Of a stretch of DNA of 64,000 nt, positions 27,083-38,630 are shown piece after piece. The notes below the pieces were generated by a model. The model was not told the DNA's origin. It did not search any database and was given only the letters and a program-made list of their open reading frames with translations. The stretch is from Octopus sinensis (taxonomy: Eukaryota). The stretch covers positions 12,958,001-13,022,000 of the forward strand of contig NC_043015.1 in NCBI RefSeq assembly GCF_006345805.1. Reading direction: 5' to 3'. Within the stretch, counting starts at the first letter, position 1; each line of letters begins with the position of its first letter. A program made the position numbers and the translations under genes.

Positions 27083-28275
27083 TTACAACATATTCAGGGG
27101 CAAAGTAAATGCTGGTGTTTTGTCATCTTTGGTATTCTTTAAATGGATATCAACTTTGTTTTCCAAAATGTTAAAAACTGCTGTCGATAGAGTTAGGGAA
27201 CGATCTGTGGGTCTTGGAGTTCGGTAAATTGGATATTCTTTGCATTCTGTGTCACCAAGGATGTTACAAATGTCAGAGACAGAACGTGGAGGAGGTAAGC
27301 TAGTTGCACGCTTATAACGGTTCATTGTGCTGCCGAACCTAACAGCAGGTATTTCTTCTATTTCCAGATACTTGGCAAAATTTACATGAATATAATGACA
27401 ATCTTTGTTTGGATCATTCTGTTGTGGAATTGTATGAAGGTAATGTTGATGTTTGGGTCCTACTTCAAGAGCCCACATATTATCTTTGTCTTTCACTGAT
27501 GCCATATTACAACACACTCCATAAGCCATACCATGTTTGTTGTTCTCTAGAATCTTGACAGCTTGTGTAACACTGGATGCACCCAAAAGACTTCTGTCAA
27601 CGAATCGTCTTGGAATGCATTCTCTATGTGCCTCTGTTGGATAAAGACCATTGCACGTAAAAATCATTCCATGGTTATTGAAACCAAAAGTCCCTCCAAG
27701 TAGGAAACCTGGGTAACAATAGGCTGTAATATATTCCCGGTCTTCTTGAACGACATTCTTCTTTACAAGGTTATCATCAATCTTAGAACAGGCAATATAG
27801 GCATTTGCTTCCATATAAGGACTATGATCTTCATTGTGGGCCAATATTTTTAAATCAGGTCTATTAATAAATACAGATGTACAGCCTGTAGTATCATCAA
27901 TATCAGTGCATTTCTTTGAAAATGTTATCATCTCATTTAAGCAATTTAAAAGGAAAAGATTTTCAAAAGCCACACCTGATCCATCAGACATTCCTTTAAT
28001 TTCTTCAACATATTGAGGAAATGCTGCATTACAAGATGCCAAGAAACCCTCATAGATGGATCTTCCTTCACGACAGTTGTAATAAGGAAGTAAGGAAGAT
28101 TTCAGTTCTGGGAATTGGGCACAAAAATTGGTTATCTGTTTACTGAATTGTCCTCCAATTGTATAACCAATGTCATAATGAGTTCCAGAAGCAATATGAA
28201 AAGTAGTTGCTTGTTTTTAAAATTTTTCAAATCTAAGGGATAATCAGTTTTAACATCACAGAATTTGTCTTCCAT
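27083..28275 (-). pseudogene. tan: Tan-like peptidase C45, copy 2: homologous ATG at 28275, but a 1-nt frameshift near 28205 (pseudogene or assembly error)
   Basis: MEDKFC aligns with copy 1 MENEFC. The C45 frame is open from 28216 to the stop at 27083 and keeps G|CTSVFIN, AHNED and HVN, but is out of frame with the ATG; the ATG frame stops after 47 codons. Acceptor tttatctgcag at 28304. Confidence 0.8.
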
Positions 28276-28794
28276 AGTAACAAGATGTGATCAGTTCCCA
28301 AATCTGCAGATAAATAAATATTTGAATCTCATTTCATAGAGAAATTATTGATATAATAAAATATAATATAATCACACAAGCTCACTCAAGACATATATCA
28401 TCTCAATATATGAATGTGACATATTATGACAAATTACCTTTTTTTTCCTGTATCAAGCATTCTTTAAAATATTTTGTTTCAAAGACCTAGCTTAAACCTA
28501 CTGAAAAGCGAGTCAATATTATTAAATGTTAAACAGGCATTCTGACTGAATCTTCCATGTGTCAACATGTACATCCTTGCGACAATGTAACCTTCCTGGG
28601 TCTGAAGAGTAGCTGGTGGTATACACCTTACTTGGATTTTTACCACTTCTGAGGTTCCACCTGCTATGAAAAATATGTAGCTCAGATCTTACCTACTCCA
28701 TTCCATAATTCTTGTATTCACACACCCTGGTCACCTCACATGGAATATAAAAAGAACCTTTTTTTCAGTTTATCGTTCTTTGATATGGAATCCC

Positions 28795-29316
28795 CATTAT
28801 CTGTCCACATTTACATGAATATGATGAATAGGAGATCACTCATGTCCAGGAGAGGCTGGCAAGTAATTTATTTATTCATTTATAAGATGCTCAAAATCCT
28901 TACAGGTACTTCTTCTCCTAGCCTGCTAACTTGCTATGGTACATCTTTCCTTATGAAATTGCATTAGGCTGATTTCTCATCTGCAATGATCTCCTTTGGC
29001 TCAGAATTAATGTATCTAAGACATTGTATCCATTCACCATTAGATGGTGGTGAGAGGGACACATTTGTATATGTAGGAATGTATGTATGTGTACACATAT
29101 ATATGTATGTACGTGCATATGTATGTGCACATGTATGTGCATATGCATGGGTGCATGCCTATATAGATGTATGTATGTGTGTATGTACATATGTACGTGA
29201 GTATTTAGGTATGTAAGTGTGTAGATGTATGTGTGTGTACATGTGTATGTATGTTTATGTACTGATATGTGTATCTGTTCAAGATGTATACATGACTGTT
29301 ACTCTGTCGAAGGTTG

Positions 29317-29359
<43 letters not shown>

Positions 29360-29827
29360 GTACACACATGTGTGCGCATGTGTCCCTCTCACCACCATCT
29401 AATGGTGAATGGATACAATGTCTTAGATACATGCATGCAAATGAAGAGCTCAGCTGCAGTGGCTCAGTCACAATGCCAGAACAGATATTGATTGACTTCT
29501 GAAGCAGTTTTCAACAGCAAATTAGTAGATGTCCAGTCAGTGGACAGCACAAACATCACACGGATACTCTCAGTCTGTTCTAAAGGACTTCAGCATTAAT
29601 TCTGAGCCAAAGGAGATCATTGCAGATGAGAAATCAGCCTAATGCAATTTCATAAGGAAAGATGTAGCATAGGAAGTTAGCAGGCTAGGAGAAGTTGGGC
29701 TGAGCAGAAGAAGTAGCTGTAAGGATCTTGAGCATCTTATAAATGAATAAATAAATTACTTGCCAGCCTCTCCTGGACATGAGTGATCTCCTATTCATCA
29801 TATTCATGTCAATGTGGACAGATAATG
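28795..29827. repeat. Long foldback: ~270-bp inverted arms around a microsatellite spacer
   Basis: Left arm 28795-29064 is the reverse complement of 29378-29432 plus 29594-29827. The right arm carries an extra 161-nt and a 16-nt segment. Confidence 0.9.
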
Positions 29828-30145
29828 TGGATATGTATTTTGTCATTTTTTGGTCTAACCAGTGATGAAAGTGTTGAATGTTAGCAGTTAATGTAAACTA
29901 GTTAATTAATCGATTGTTATAAGCAGTTAATTAATTGATCATTATAAGGATGGACATTTTTGATTTTTAATTACAGAGTATCAAATAGTGTTTGTTAAAA
30001 ATGAGAGCAATCATCTCTCTAGTTATGAAGAGACAGGAGAAGAAATATATGGCATAAGTAAAAGAACAAATAAAATGCAAATAAGATGGGTGAAAAATTA
30101 ATTCATTAAACAAAAAATGACCTGTCTAAGTTTATAAAAGTTTAC

Positions 30146-30197
<52 letters not shown>

Positions 30198-30473
30198 TAT
30201 AAAAGGGAAAAAGTAAAAATAAAATTCAATAAATTACATAATTTGAAAGTGTGATCCTCGCTCTGTTATCTCTACCTTGCAATTCTGGGTGATGTGGTTG
30301 TGACTGCAGATTAACTAAAAGAAAATAAAAAAACATGGGAAAAAACAGATTGTAGATTGGTAGAATGGTTAGGACAGCAGACAAGTTTCCTGTAGTGTTA
30401 GTGGCGGACCTTTAGGTTTGAGTTCAAACTTCACTGATACCAAGGGGCTGGGGTCAATAAAATAAAACATTGT

Positions 30474-31425
30474 GGATCTTTTCACTTTGACCGGCAGATT
30501 TAAAAAATAATTTGTATGAAAGATCAAACGACATCTTTTCCGTGTGCAACTTGGTAACTACAGCAGATAGAAAATTGATCGTTGACTATATAAATAAAAA
30601 ATTAGCTGTTATCGATAAATACATATTTATCATTATTAGGTAAATAACATTAAAATTTTGTTGAAGTGTTTTAACAATGGCTGTTAACGTAGAGGAAATA
30701 GTAAATATAGTCTATGTGTTACAGTAAATATAGACAGAGTAGTCTAATTCGTGTTGCTGTAGAGGGGGGTGGTTATAGTTGTGGGGGTGATGGTGGTGGA
30801 GATATTAGAGTTAGATGTGCGGTTAGTCCGTCCTCTGTCTTATGTAGCAGGGAAAAGACCTGAAATCTCTAAGAAATATTAATCGTTGGTTGATATTAAA
30901 ACTAACGAAATGGAGGTGGAGAAAAAAGGTGGGAGATTTTGTGAAAAATAGGGCCACAACACGGTTTATAAGCAGGGAGCTCATTATAAGAACAGGGAAC
31001 ACCATACAGAAAGCTATTAGAGAAATAATAGGAAGACGATGTGGAATCCAGTTAACAAATAGCTTACAAACTACAGAATTTTCTCAAGAATGCCAAGAGA
31101 AAAAGATGTTTTATGTGACACATTCTACAAGTATATGAAGTTTAAAGGTGTTTAGTTACAAAAAATTATTTTTTAAATCCGCCAGAACTTCCTGTTGACA
31201 AACAACAGCAGTGATTGTATTCACCTCAATAGACGTTATTGATTGGTTGAAATTGCCGAAATACGAGAAATTTAACAACAAATAGCTTGCAAACTACAGA
31301 ATTTTCTCAAGAACACCAAGAGTAAAAGACGTTTTATGTGATACATTCTACCAGTATACGAAGTTTAAAAGTGTTTAGTTACAAAAAATTATTTTTTAAA
31401 TCTGCCGGTCAAAGTGAAAAGATCC
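30474..31425. mobile_element. Non-autonomous Merlin-type DNA transposon
   Basis: Perfect 40-bp TIR (GGATCTTTTCACTTTGACCGGCAGATTTAAAAAATAATTT) and 8-bp TSD AACATTGT at 30466-30473 and 31426-31433. Confidence 0.85.
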
Positions 31426-32848
31426 AACATTGTTAACCCTCTTGATACTAATCTGGCCGTAGCCGGCTGAAAAATTTTTTGGTTCATAAGACCAACCCAG
31501 CCGTAGCCAGCCGAGAGTACCCATTGTTATTTAAATGTGAATTTAAGCACAAATCTCGTTAGTACATTTGTGAAAATATGTGATTTCCCTTTGTTAATAG
31601 TCGAGTTAGAGTATCTGACATTGCTTGACATGATATCTGAACTCAGTGAATTTTGGGAGATTTTTTTCCACATTTTTTTGGCATCGATTTTTCTTCAACA
31701 TTGAAAATGAATAGGAGTTTCATGTTATCAAGCATTGATTCTGAATTTAAAGCTTTTTCAACGGAAAATAGGGAGATATTGAGAAAAAGAATGAATGAGG
31801 TACAAAAGCACATGGTGTACAATAATGAATATGATATTTCTGTATCTGAAAATGAAAGTAGTGATTCTGAAGAAACAATGCGGCGATTAGCGACAGCAAA
31901 GACGATTTTACATCGGAATGAAGTAAAACCTTTAAAAATGTTTTTATTAGCAATTTTTCTGAGGAGATAGAGTTTATCTATAGTCTTTCTGCCAATGTTA
32001 TGGTATAAGTACTGGTGTACTTCCGGAAGTACCAGATACATTTCAAAAAAGTGTTTTTTTTTTATATATGGGGGGTTAGGGTTTCTGTTAGGGTTAGGAT
32101 TTGTGTTAGGGTTAGGGTATGTGGCGATGCTTCGGTATATGTACACACGTGACTTTGTTTACATTTCTGAAGATAACAGAAACCCTTTTCTCGGATCTTT
32201 TCCTTTTGAACGGCAGTTTTCAACACAATTTTTAGTTAACTAAACACTTTTAAACTTCGTATACTGGTAGAATGTGTCAAAATAAAACATTTTTCTCTCT
32301 TGGCTTTCTTGAGAAAATTGTAATTTGTAAGTTTAACGTAGTTTCATTTTTCGAATTTTAACCAATCGATTGCCTCTATTGAGCTAAAATCATTTGCTAA
32401 AACTGAGACAACATCCTGTCACTAACCCTAACCCTCACCCTAAATTTTAGCCTTTCGTTTTTTTTTTCTTAATTGTTAAATTAATTTAATTGTTACGCGT
32501 GTCTAAAATTATTCGTTTTGTTTTTGTTTTTAGTTTTTGTTTTCGTTTTAGCCTTTCGTTTTTTTTTCTTAATTGTTAAATTAAAATTATTTTCCATTGC
32601 TTTCGTTTTAGCCTTTCGTTTTTTTTCTTAATTGTTATCCTTAAATTAATTTAACAATTAAGAAAAAAAACGAAAGCAAAAACTAAAAACAAAAACAAAA
32701 CGATTGATTGACCCAAGGCTAGACACTTGCCCAAGGTGTCATACAGTAGGACTGAACCTGGAACCATGTAGTTGGGAAGTAACTATCTTACACACAGCTA
32801 CAATTTTTTACACCACTTTATCTTAAAAAGGAAATTACAATTAAAATG

Positions 32849-33357
32849 AATTGTTCAGTTTGGTTATATAAAAAAAAGTAAATAAAAATTAAGGGGGAGA
32901 TAAGTTAAACTTTTTACACAACATAAACACTGAACGGTAACGAACAGATTTGCTCCTATTACTACGCTTGCAGTGCCATGATTGGCGATCCTTCGGTGGA
33001 GCTGGCAGAAACGTTAGCACGGCGGGCGAAATGCGTAGCCGTATTTCGTCTGCCGCTACGTTCCCAGTTCAAATTCCGCTGAGGCCGACTTTGCCTTTCA
33101 TCCTTTCGGGGTCGATAAATTAAGGACCAGTTACGCACTGGGGTCGATATAATCGACTTAATCCGTTTGTCCTCTCTGTGTTTAGCCCCTTGTGGGTAGT
33201 AACGAAATAGGTATAGGTACCGTAAGTGGCTTTGTTTACATTTCTGAAGATAACAAACCTTTTTCTCCCCCCCTAACCCCCCATATAAAAAAAAAAACCA
33301 CTTTCTTAAAATGTATCCGGTACCTATACCGAAGTTACGCTCAAACTGAACAATTAC
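32849..33357. mobile_element. Decayed Merlin derivative (same family as 61564-61971) with a SINE A inserted at about 32990-33212
   Basis: aattgttcagtttgg... and ...caaactgaacaattac termini, and internal similarity to 61565-61720. Confidence 0.65.
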
Positions 33358-33984
33358 TTTAAAATTAAATTGCTTAAATTTGAAACATGGTAAACACACT
33401 TAAGCAAATACATCTTTTAAGTTTTACTTGCTTCAGCCATTGCACTGTAGTCATGTCGGGGCACTGCCTTGGAGAGTTTAGTTGAGCACATCAATGTCAG
33501 TACTTATTCTATCGTTTTCTTTGCCAAACCACTAAGTTACGGCGACAAAGAGAAACCAACACCTGTTGCCAAGGAGTGGTGGTGGACACATACACATGTA
33601 TTGTCGAAATACAGGAAGGACTTGGGAAATTGGCGTTATGCATCTTGTGCAGGGAAATGGTGGCGGTACGTGGTGTACAGGTGATGTGGACTGTACAGTC
33701 GTCAGATTCCATTAGATTCACCTGAAATAGAATTGTAAATTTTCCAAAGTAAAAATATAAGCGTTGTCTACAACGACTGACGGGATACAGAGGATATTTA
33801 ACGAATTCCATAGCGTAAAGATTACATACAATGAAGTAACTTACCAAAGGTGAACGAAAAAAAAAAAAAAATTGAGTTCTCACAAGGGAGACAACACTAT
33901 CTTCACTCATCACAAATACAGTATCTGAATTACCTCCCTTGTATCACCAACCTGAATTTTAAATAAGAAATTCATTACGATTTA

Positions 33985-34345
33985 GCCCATAGTAGGTTTG
34001 GCTGAAGAGTGATGTTCTTTTTGGCATCGCTGACTTCAATGTAGGCCCTACCGAACGAAGTCCAGTGCTTTTAACAGGAGCTCCTTTCATATAGATGGCT
34101 AGAAATCTGCTATATCAAATTGGGTAAACCTAGCTATAACCCTACCTCTATAGGCCTTAAACCATGGGCGAGGTCAGAGGCATTTCTAACGTCGTTACTG
34201 ATCTTCCTGATGAGCCGTTTCCTCACCTGTCCGATCTCAGACTTCTCAAGGTTTGTCAGCCTGCATTTAGGGTAGAGGCAAAATTTCGTTTATGATCCTT
34301 GATCGTTATGAAGTTCTCTTTCTTCGCCAGCGTCTCTACCCTATT
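33985..34345 (-). mobile_element. Naiad-type Penelope-like RT fragment
   Basis: ETLAKKENFITIKDHKRNF..(frameshift)..KCRLTNLEKSEIGQVRKRLIRKI matches the ITLKDHK...CRLINPAKSEIG signature of this clade. Confidence 0.75.
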
Positions 34346-34805
34346 TTTTAATGCCTAGTTTAAATGCTATATCTCTGGCGTTTTGGTTAATACTATCGTA
34401 CGCCTGGCGGGTAGCCTTCCTGTACGTCTGTGTAACGCCGTTGTTAAGAAGCTGTGCGTGTGTGTCGTTACTTACTTTATATAAATATTAAGTTTTATCA
34501 GAAAAGAGAATGGTCCTATCTGAAGATTTACAACTGGCTTCTTTCAGTTTCCGGCAACGAAATCTACAAGGCTTTCGTCGGCCGGAAGCTATAGAAAACA
34601 CTTGTTCAAGGTGTCACGTAGTGAGATTGAACACAAAACCGTGTGTATGTGTGAGCGTGCGCGTGTGTGTATAAACACACATACATGCATACATACATCC
34701 ATAACAAATACAGATATCTAAATATACGAATATCTGTCTTTCTCTGAGTGTACAAACAAACACATTCACACACACATTTCTAAAGAGCAGTCGCCATATT
34801 TCATT

Positions 34806-34911
34806 CCATATCGGCTGCCTCTGATGAGCGCAGGGTTATATGATCGGATTGTTACTGAATACTTCGTTGAATCCCTAACGCGAAACCGATAGGTAAGATC
34901 AGCCGTAATGG
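34806..34911 (+). ncRNA. Type I hammerhead ribozyme, structurally intact
   Basis: Core CTGATGA 34821-34827; stem II GCG/CGC (34828-30 and 34879-81) extended by AGGG/CCCT; GAAA 34882-85; stem III CC-GATA-GG; GUA cleavage after A34895; stem I CGGCTG-C-CT pairing with AG-AT-CAGCCG, extended by CCAT/ATGG. Confidence 0.82.
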
Positions 34912-35803
34912 ATATATAATACTGTATACGTCGATAATATATTTCTATCTATATGTAAACGTGCGTATGTGCACATATATATATATTGTTTAGTTTGTGT
35001 TAGTGATTATTGTTAACGTCCGACTTTAGTGTCACCTAAATTATAAAGTTTTAATAAGTTTTCTCCACCAAATTTCACTCAAAAGGTTTTTATTCAGTTG
35101 AGACTAAAGCAGAATATATATAATAATAATGAACTCCGTTGTGTCAGATACGAAAACGAAATATCGAACTTATTGTATACAGTGCTCAGGTGCACTACAA
35201 TTCATCAGAAAAAAATAACCAAAACTGCATGAACATTACATTGAATATGCACAGGAAGTGAACAGTGAAAGTCTTTAAAAAAAGGAAGAAGAAACGGAAG
35301 TGGTGGTGGCATCAGGTGTACTTTGGTGAATTTCAGGAAGCATGGAAATTTTGAAGGATGTAGTGTCCGACAGCTAACAGCTGATGGAAGTAATCTATTC
35401 CATGTTTCAGAGTGTGAAAAAAATGTTTCCAAAAGTCACGAGTGCTGTGTTGTTTTCGAATTTGTAAGCATGTCCATGAGTGTTAGACATATGGAATTCA
35501 AAAAGGTGCCAAGGTTCTTATTGGAAACATAGTGGCTAATCTTGTGGGTGTCTACCAAGTCAGTTGCCTGATGTCGGAGCTATAATGAGTCTATGGTTGG
35601 GAAGCAAGACGTTCAGAGTATGGCAGATGCTTGAGGGCGAATATTCATCTGGTTGAATGTTTCTGAACAGCTTCTAGGAGATTGATATGCCGAAGATACG
35701 GAAACTGCAGAAAATGCGCACTTCCGAAAAGAATTTCTTAACTCCACAACACACACACACAGAATAAAATCAAGCATTAAAAGTTGAACATTAATAATAA
35801 CAA

Positions 35804-37329
35804 GGATCTAGTTGGTTTGGCTGCCAGCATTTCAAAGATTCAAGTTTATCGAAAATTTTAAAATTTGGTGCAATAATATACTTTTCCAAGCTGGAGTCAT
35901 TTCGCTTTTTCCAGAAAAAAAATTTTTTGAAAGCTATAGAGGTTTAAAGTTTGATCATTTTCACCCAGTCAGGAAACAAGATTCGGAAACTCATTTTGTC
36001 GCTTCCCAACCATTCTGAATGAATTGCTGTGAAAAGTGTTCAGCAATTCATTCAGATGAGTGGCCCGCTCATAATTTAAATACCATCTGACATTGAACCA
36101 TCAACGACATTATGTGGATCCAGTGACCGGAACACACACTCAGGCCATTGAAATATCTGAAATTATGAGCGGGCCACTCATCTGAATGAATTGCTGAACA
36201 CTTTTCACAGTTTCTCTCAATAATTGGGATCAGACTGTTCCCGTTATGCTGTTCTACAGAAAAGTATCGACGGGCTGAGCTCTGTTTGAGACTAAAAACC
36301 CACAGCCTATCAATTCTACGTCAAAGGTTCCTGTCGTTTCGTTGTTCAGCATCACTGTTTTCGAAGAGAGGAATGTTGTCGTCATTCAGCATTCTTCTTC
36401 GATTGTACTTTCATCGACCAGCAAATCTTGGTTCGTCGATCTGAATGGGGTTATCGTTTGTTCCAACCATCTTCCCTCGTCGTTTATGATGAACTATAGC
36501 CCCACACATCCCGCGGCACATATTGTATCAGTCAGTTATTGTATTTTTAGATTTTCCTGTTAGAGTCACTGCTGTGGTTATGGGTATATCCATGACAAAA
36601 GAAAAATATTAGTTCTAAAATCTCACTCAGACTCAGCTTGCAGTTTAATTTGTTGCTAATGTCCGTATAATGGGAAAATTGGTTTCCATTACGAACTGAA
36701 CATAAAGTTTGACATCTCTTTCGAGGACAACGAAGTACAGGCCTGAATCGTCCGCCTCTGTCACGCTTTCGTTTTTCCTGCATGATAGCACCGCATCGAT
36801 GGCAGGGATCTGCTTTTTCTTGTGCATCCAGCAGATTGAAATCTTTTAAAAATGTGACTGCTGTTTCCTCCGCCCAAATGACACGTATATAAAAATCTTT
36901 CAGCAACATTTCAACGTAAGGTAAATCTCAAGTGGAAAGGTGAGGTAATAACAAGTAGTTTTTAAGGTAGATAACTCTGGCTATACTATTTGACAACGTA
37001 GTAGACCGCATACTATATTAGCACCAAGGTCCCCCCACCTCCATATTTTGAAGAGATCTCAGGCCAGCAGTGTTTGGGATCTGAAGATATCCAGTAAGGC
37101 TAAACCCCTTATGAGCGAAAAACCCAGGGTAACCCCATAATTTTAACCAATCAACCGTCGTTGATTGGTTAAAATTACCCAAATACAACAACTTTAATTC
37201 GAAATTTTGTCAAAAATGTTGAAAGTAAACCGTATTCAGTGTGAGAAATGACACCAGTATATGAAGTTTTGAGAATTGTTTAGTTAAAAAAAGTAATTAA
37301 AAAAATCAGTGAGCCAAACTGAGGGATCC
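35804..37329 (-). mobile_element. Degenerate autonomous-type Merlin (IS1595-like DDE) transposon
   Basis: N-terminal CxxC...LRCPRKRCQTLCSVRNG zinc finger (36909-36560), VDES, IHSDEW and NHQRHYVDPVTGTHTQAIE motifs; imperfect GGATC...GTTTGGCT termini. Confidence 0.8.
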
Positions 37330-37384
37330 ATATATATATATATATGTATGCATTTGTTTTGCAAGATTTCTGATGTGAAATCGT

Positions 37385-37775
37385 AATAATCCTTTCTACC
37401 AAAGGCGCAAGGCCTGACATTTTGGGGTGAGGGGATTACATCAACCTCAGGATTTCACTGGCACTTAACTTGTCGATCCTGAAAAGATGAAAGGCAAAGT
37501 CGACCGCGGCAGAATTTTGAACTTGGAATGTAGCGGTAGACGAAATACCTATTTCTTTACTACCCACAAGGGACTAAACACAGAGAGGACAGACAAACGG
37601 ATCAAGTTGATTACATCTACCCCAGTGCGTAACTGGTACTTAATTTATCGAACCCAAAAGGATGAAAGGCAAAGTCGACCTCAGCGGAATTTGAACTCAG
37701 AACGTAACGGCAGACGAAATACGGCTACGCATTTCGCCTGGCATGCTAACGTTTCTGCCACCTCGCCGCCTTAAT
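37385..37775 (-). mobile_element. SINE family A, composite/nested copy
   Basis: Two gaaaggcaaagtcgacc cores in tandem, ending in the reverse head ...ttctgccacctcgccgcc. Confidence 0.8.
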
Positions 37776-38000
37776 AATAATAAAGAGTTTGGAGACTTGT
37801 ACATTCACAAAAATTATTTTGTAGTTATATACAACAAATTATAATGATGTGCACGTTTCTGCTGCAATGACTACTCACTGCTGCGAATCCAACCTTGCGA
37901 TATTGCACGTGTAGGTCATTATAAGCTGTATACAGCTATAAAATACATTTTGTGGATGTGCAAGTCTCCATACCCTTTATTATTATTATTATTATTATTA

Positions 38001-38035
<35 letters not shown>

Positions 38036-38189
38036 ATTCTATGTTTGACTTTTGCTTTACATTTGTACAAGTTGGCTCCAAGTCTCACCCAGAGACAAGT
38101 TGGAAGTTCATGTTGGTGTTTGCCTTGGGTGCCATATATTTGGTTTTGTACTTAGTGTTGTACTAGTGAATATCTAAAAAAACATACGA

Positions 38190-38630
38190 AAATTATGTTT
38201 GCTTTAAAACTTGAGATTACATAGAAAGTATTTTGTGTAGGATATGAGCAGTTCCCATGAGCACTATCTTTTGAATTTCTACCATTTTTGGGTTTCCTGG
38301 TATCTGAGTTACGTAGCAATCAGCCCCTTTTGCTATCATTCCTGGGTTACCTTTGACAACAGGTATTGTTTTAGTCTTCAGGTTCCACATTTTGCTGATT
38401 TCTAGTTCAAGATCTTTATATTTGCTCAGTTTTTGGTAGGTCTTGACAGATACATTTATATCGATTTGGACAGTCATATCAATGAGGAGGCACGATTTTT
38501 GTCTGAAGTCTTTCAATATAATGTCTGGCCTATTCGCATCTATCTTTCTGTCAGTTTGAATGGTGAAGTTCCAGAGGAGTGAGATGTGATCATTATTATT
38601 ATTATTAATATGAATATACATTCCAGACAA
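38190..38630 (-). mobile_element. 3' end (RLE endonuclease) of an RLE-clade non-LTR element
   Basis: 137-aa ORF: LLWNFTIQTDRKIDANRPDIILKD...LLIDMTV...EISKMWNLKTKTIPVV...IQKIVLMGTAHIL. Confidence 0.88.

Noticed and set aside
31653-31970. 105-aa acidic ORF after a TTAA-CCCT motif
   Set aside because: Possibly a piggyBac-like N-terminal remnant, but I recognise no catalytic motif or matching right end, so I do not call it.
32072-32443. TTAGGG/CCCTAA repeats (also near 48230)
   Set aside because: Only a few imperfect units embedded in transposon ends; not a telomere or clear fusion site.
34207-34220. CTGATGAG motif suggesting another hammerhead
   Set aside because: It lies antisense within the PLE RT coding remnant, with no helix II/GAAA partner.
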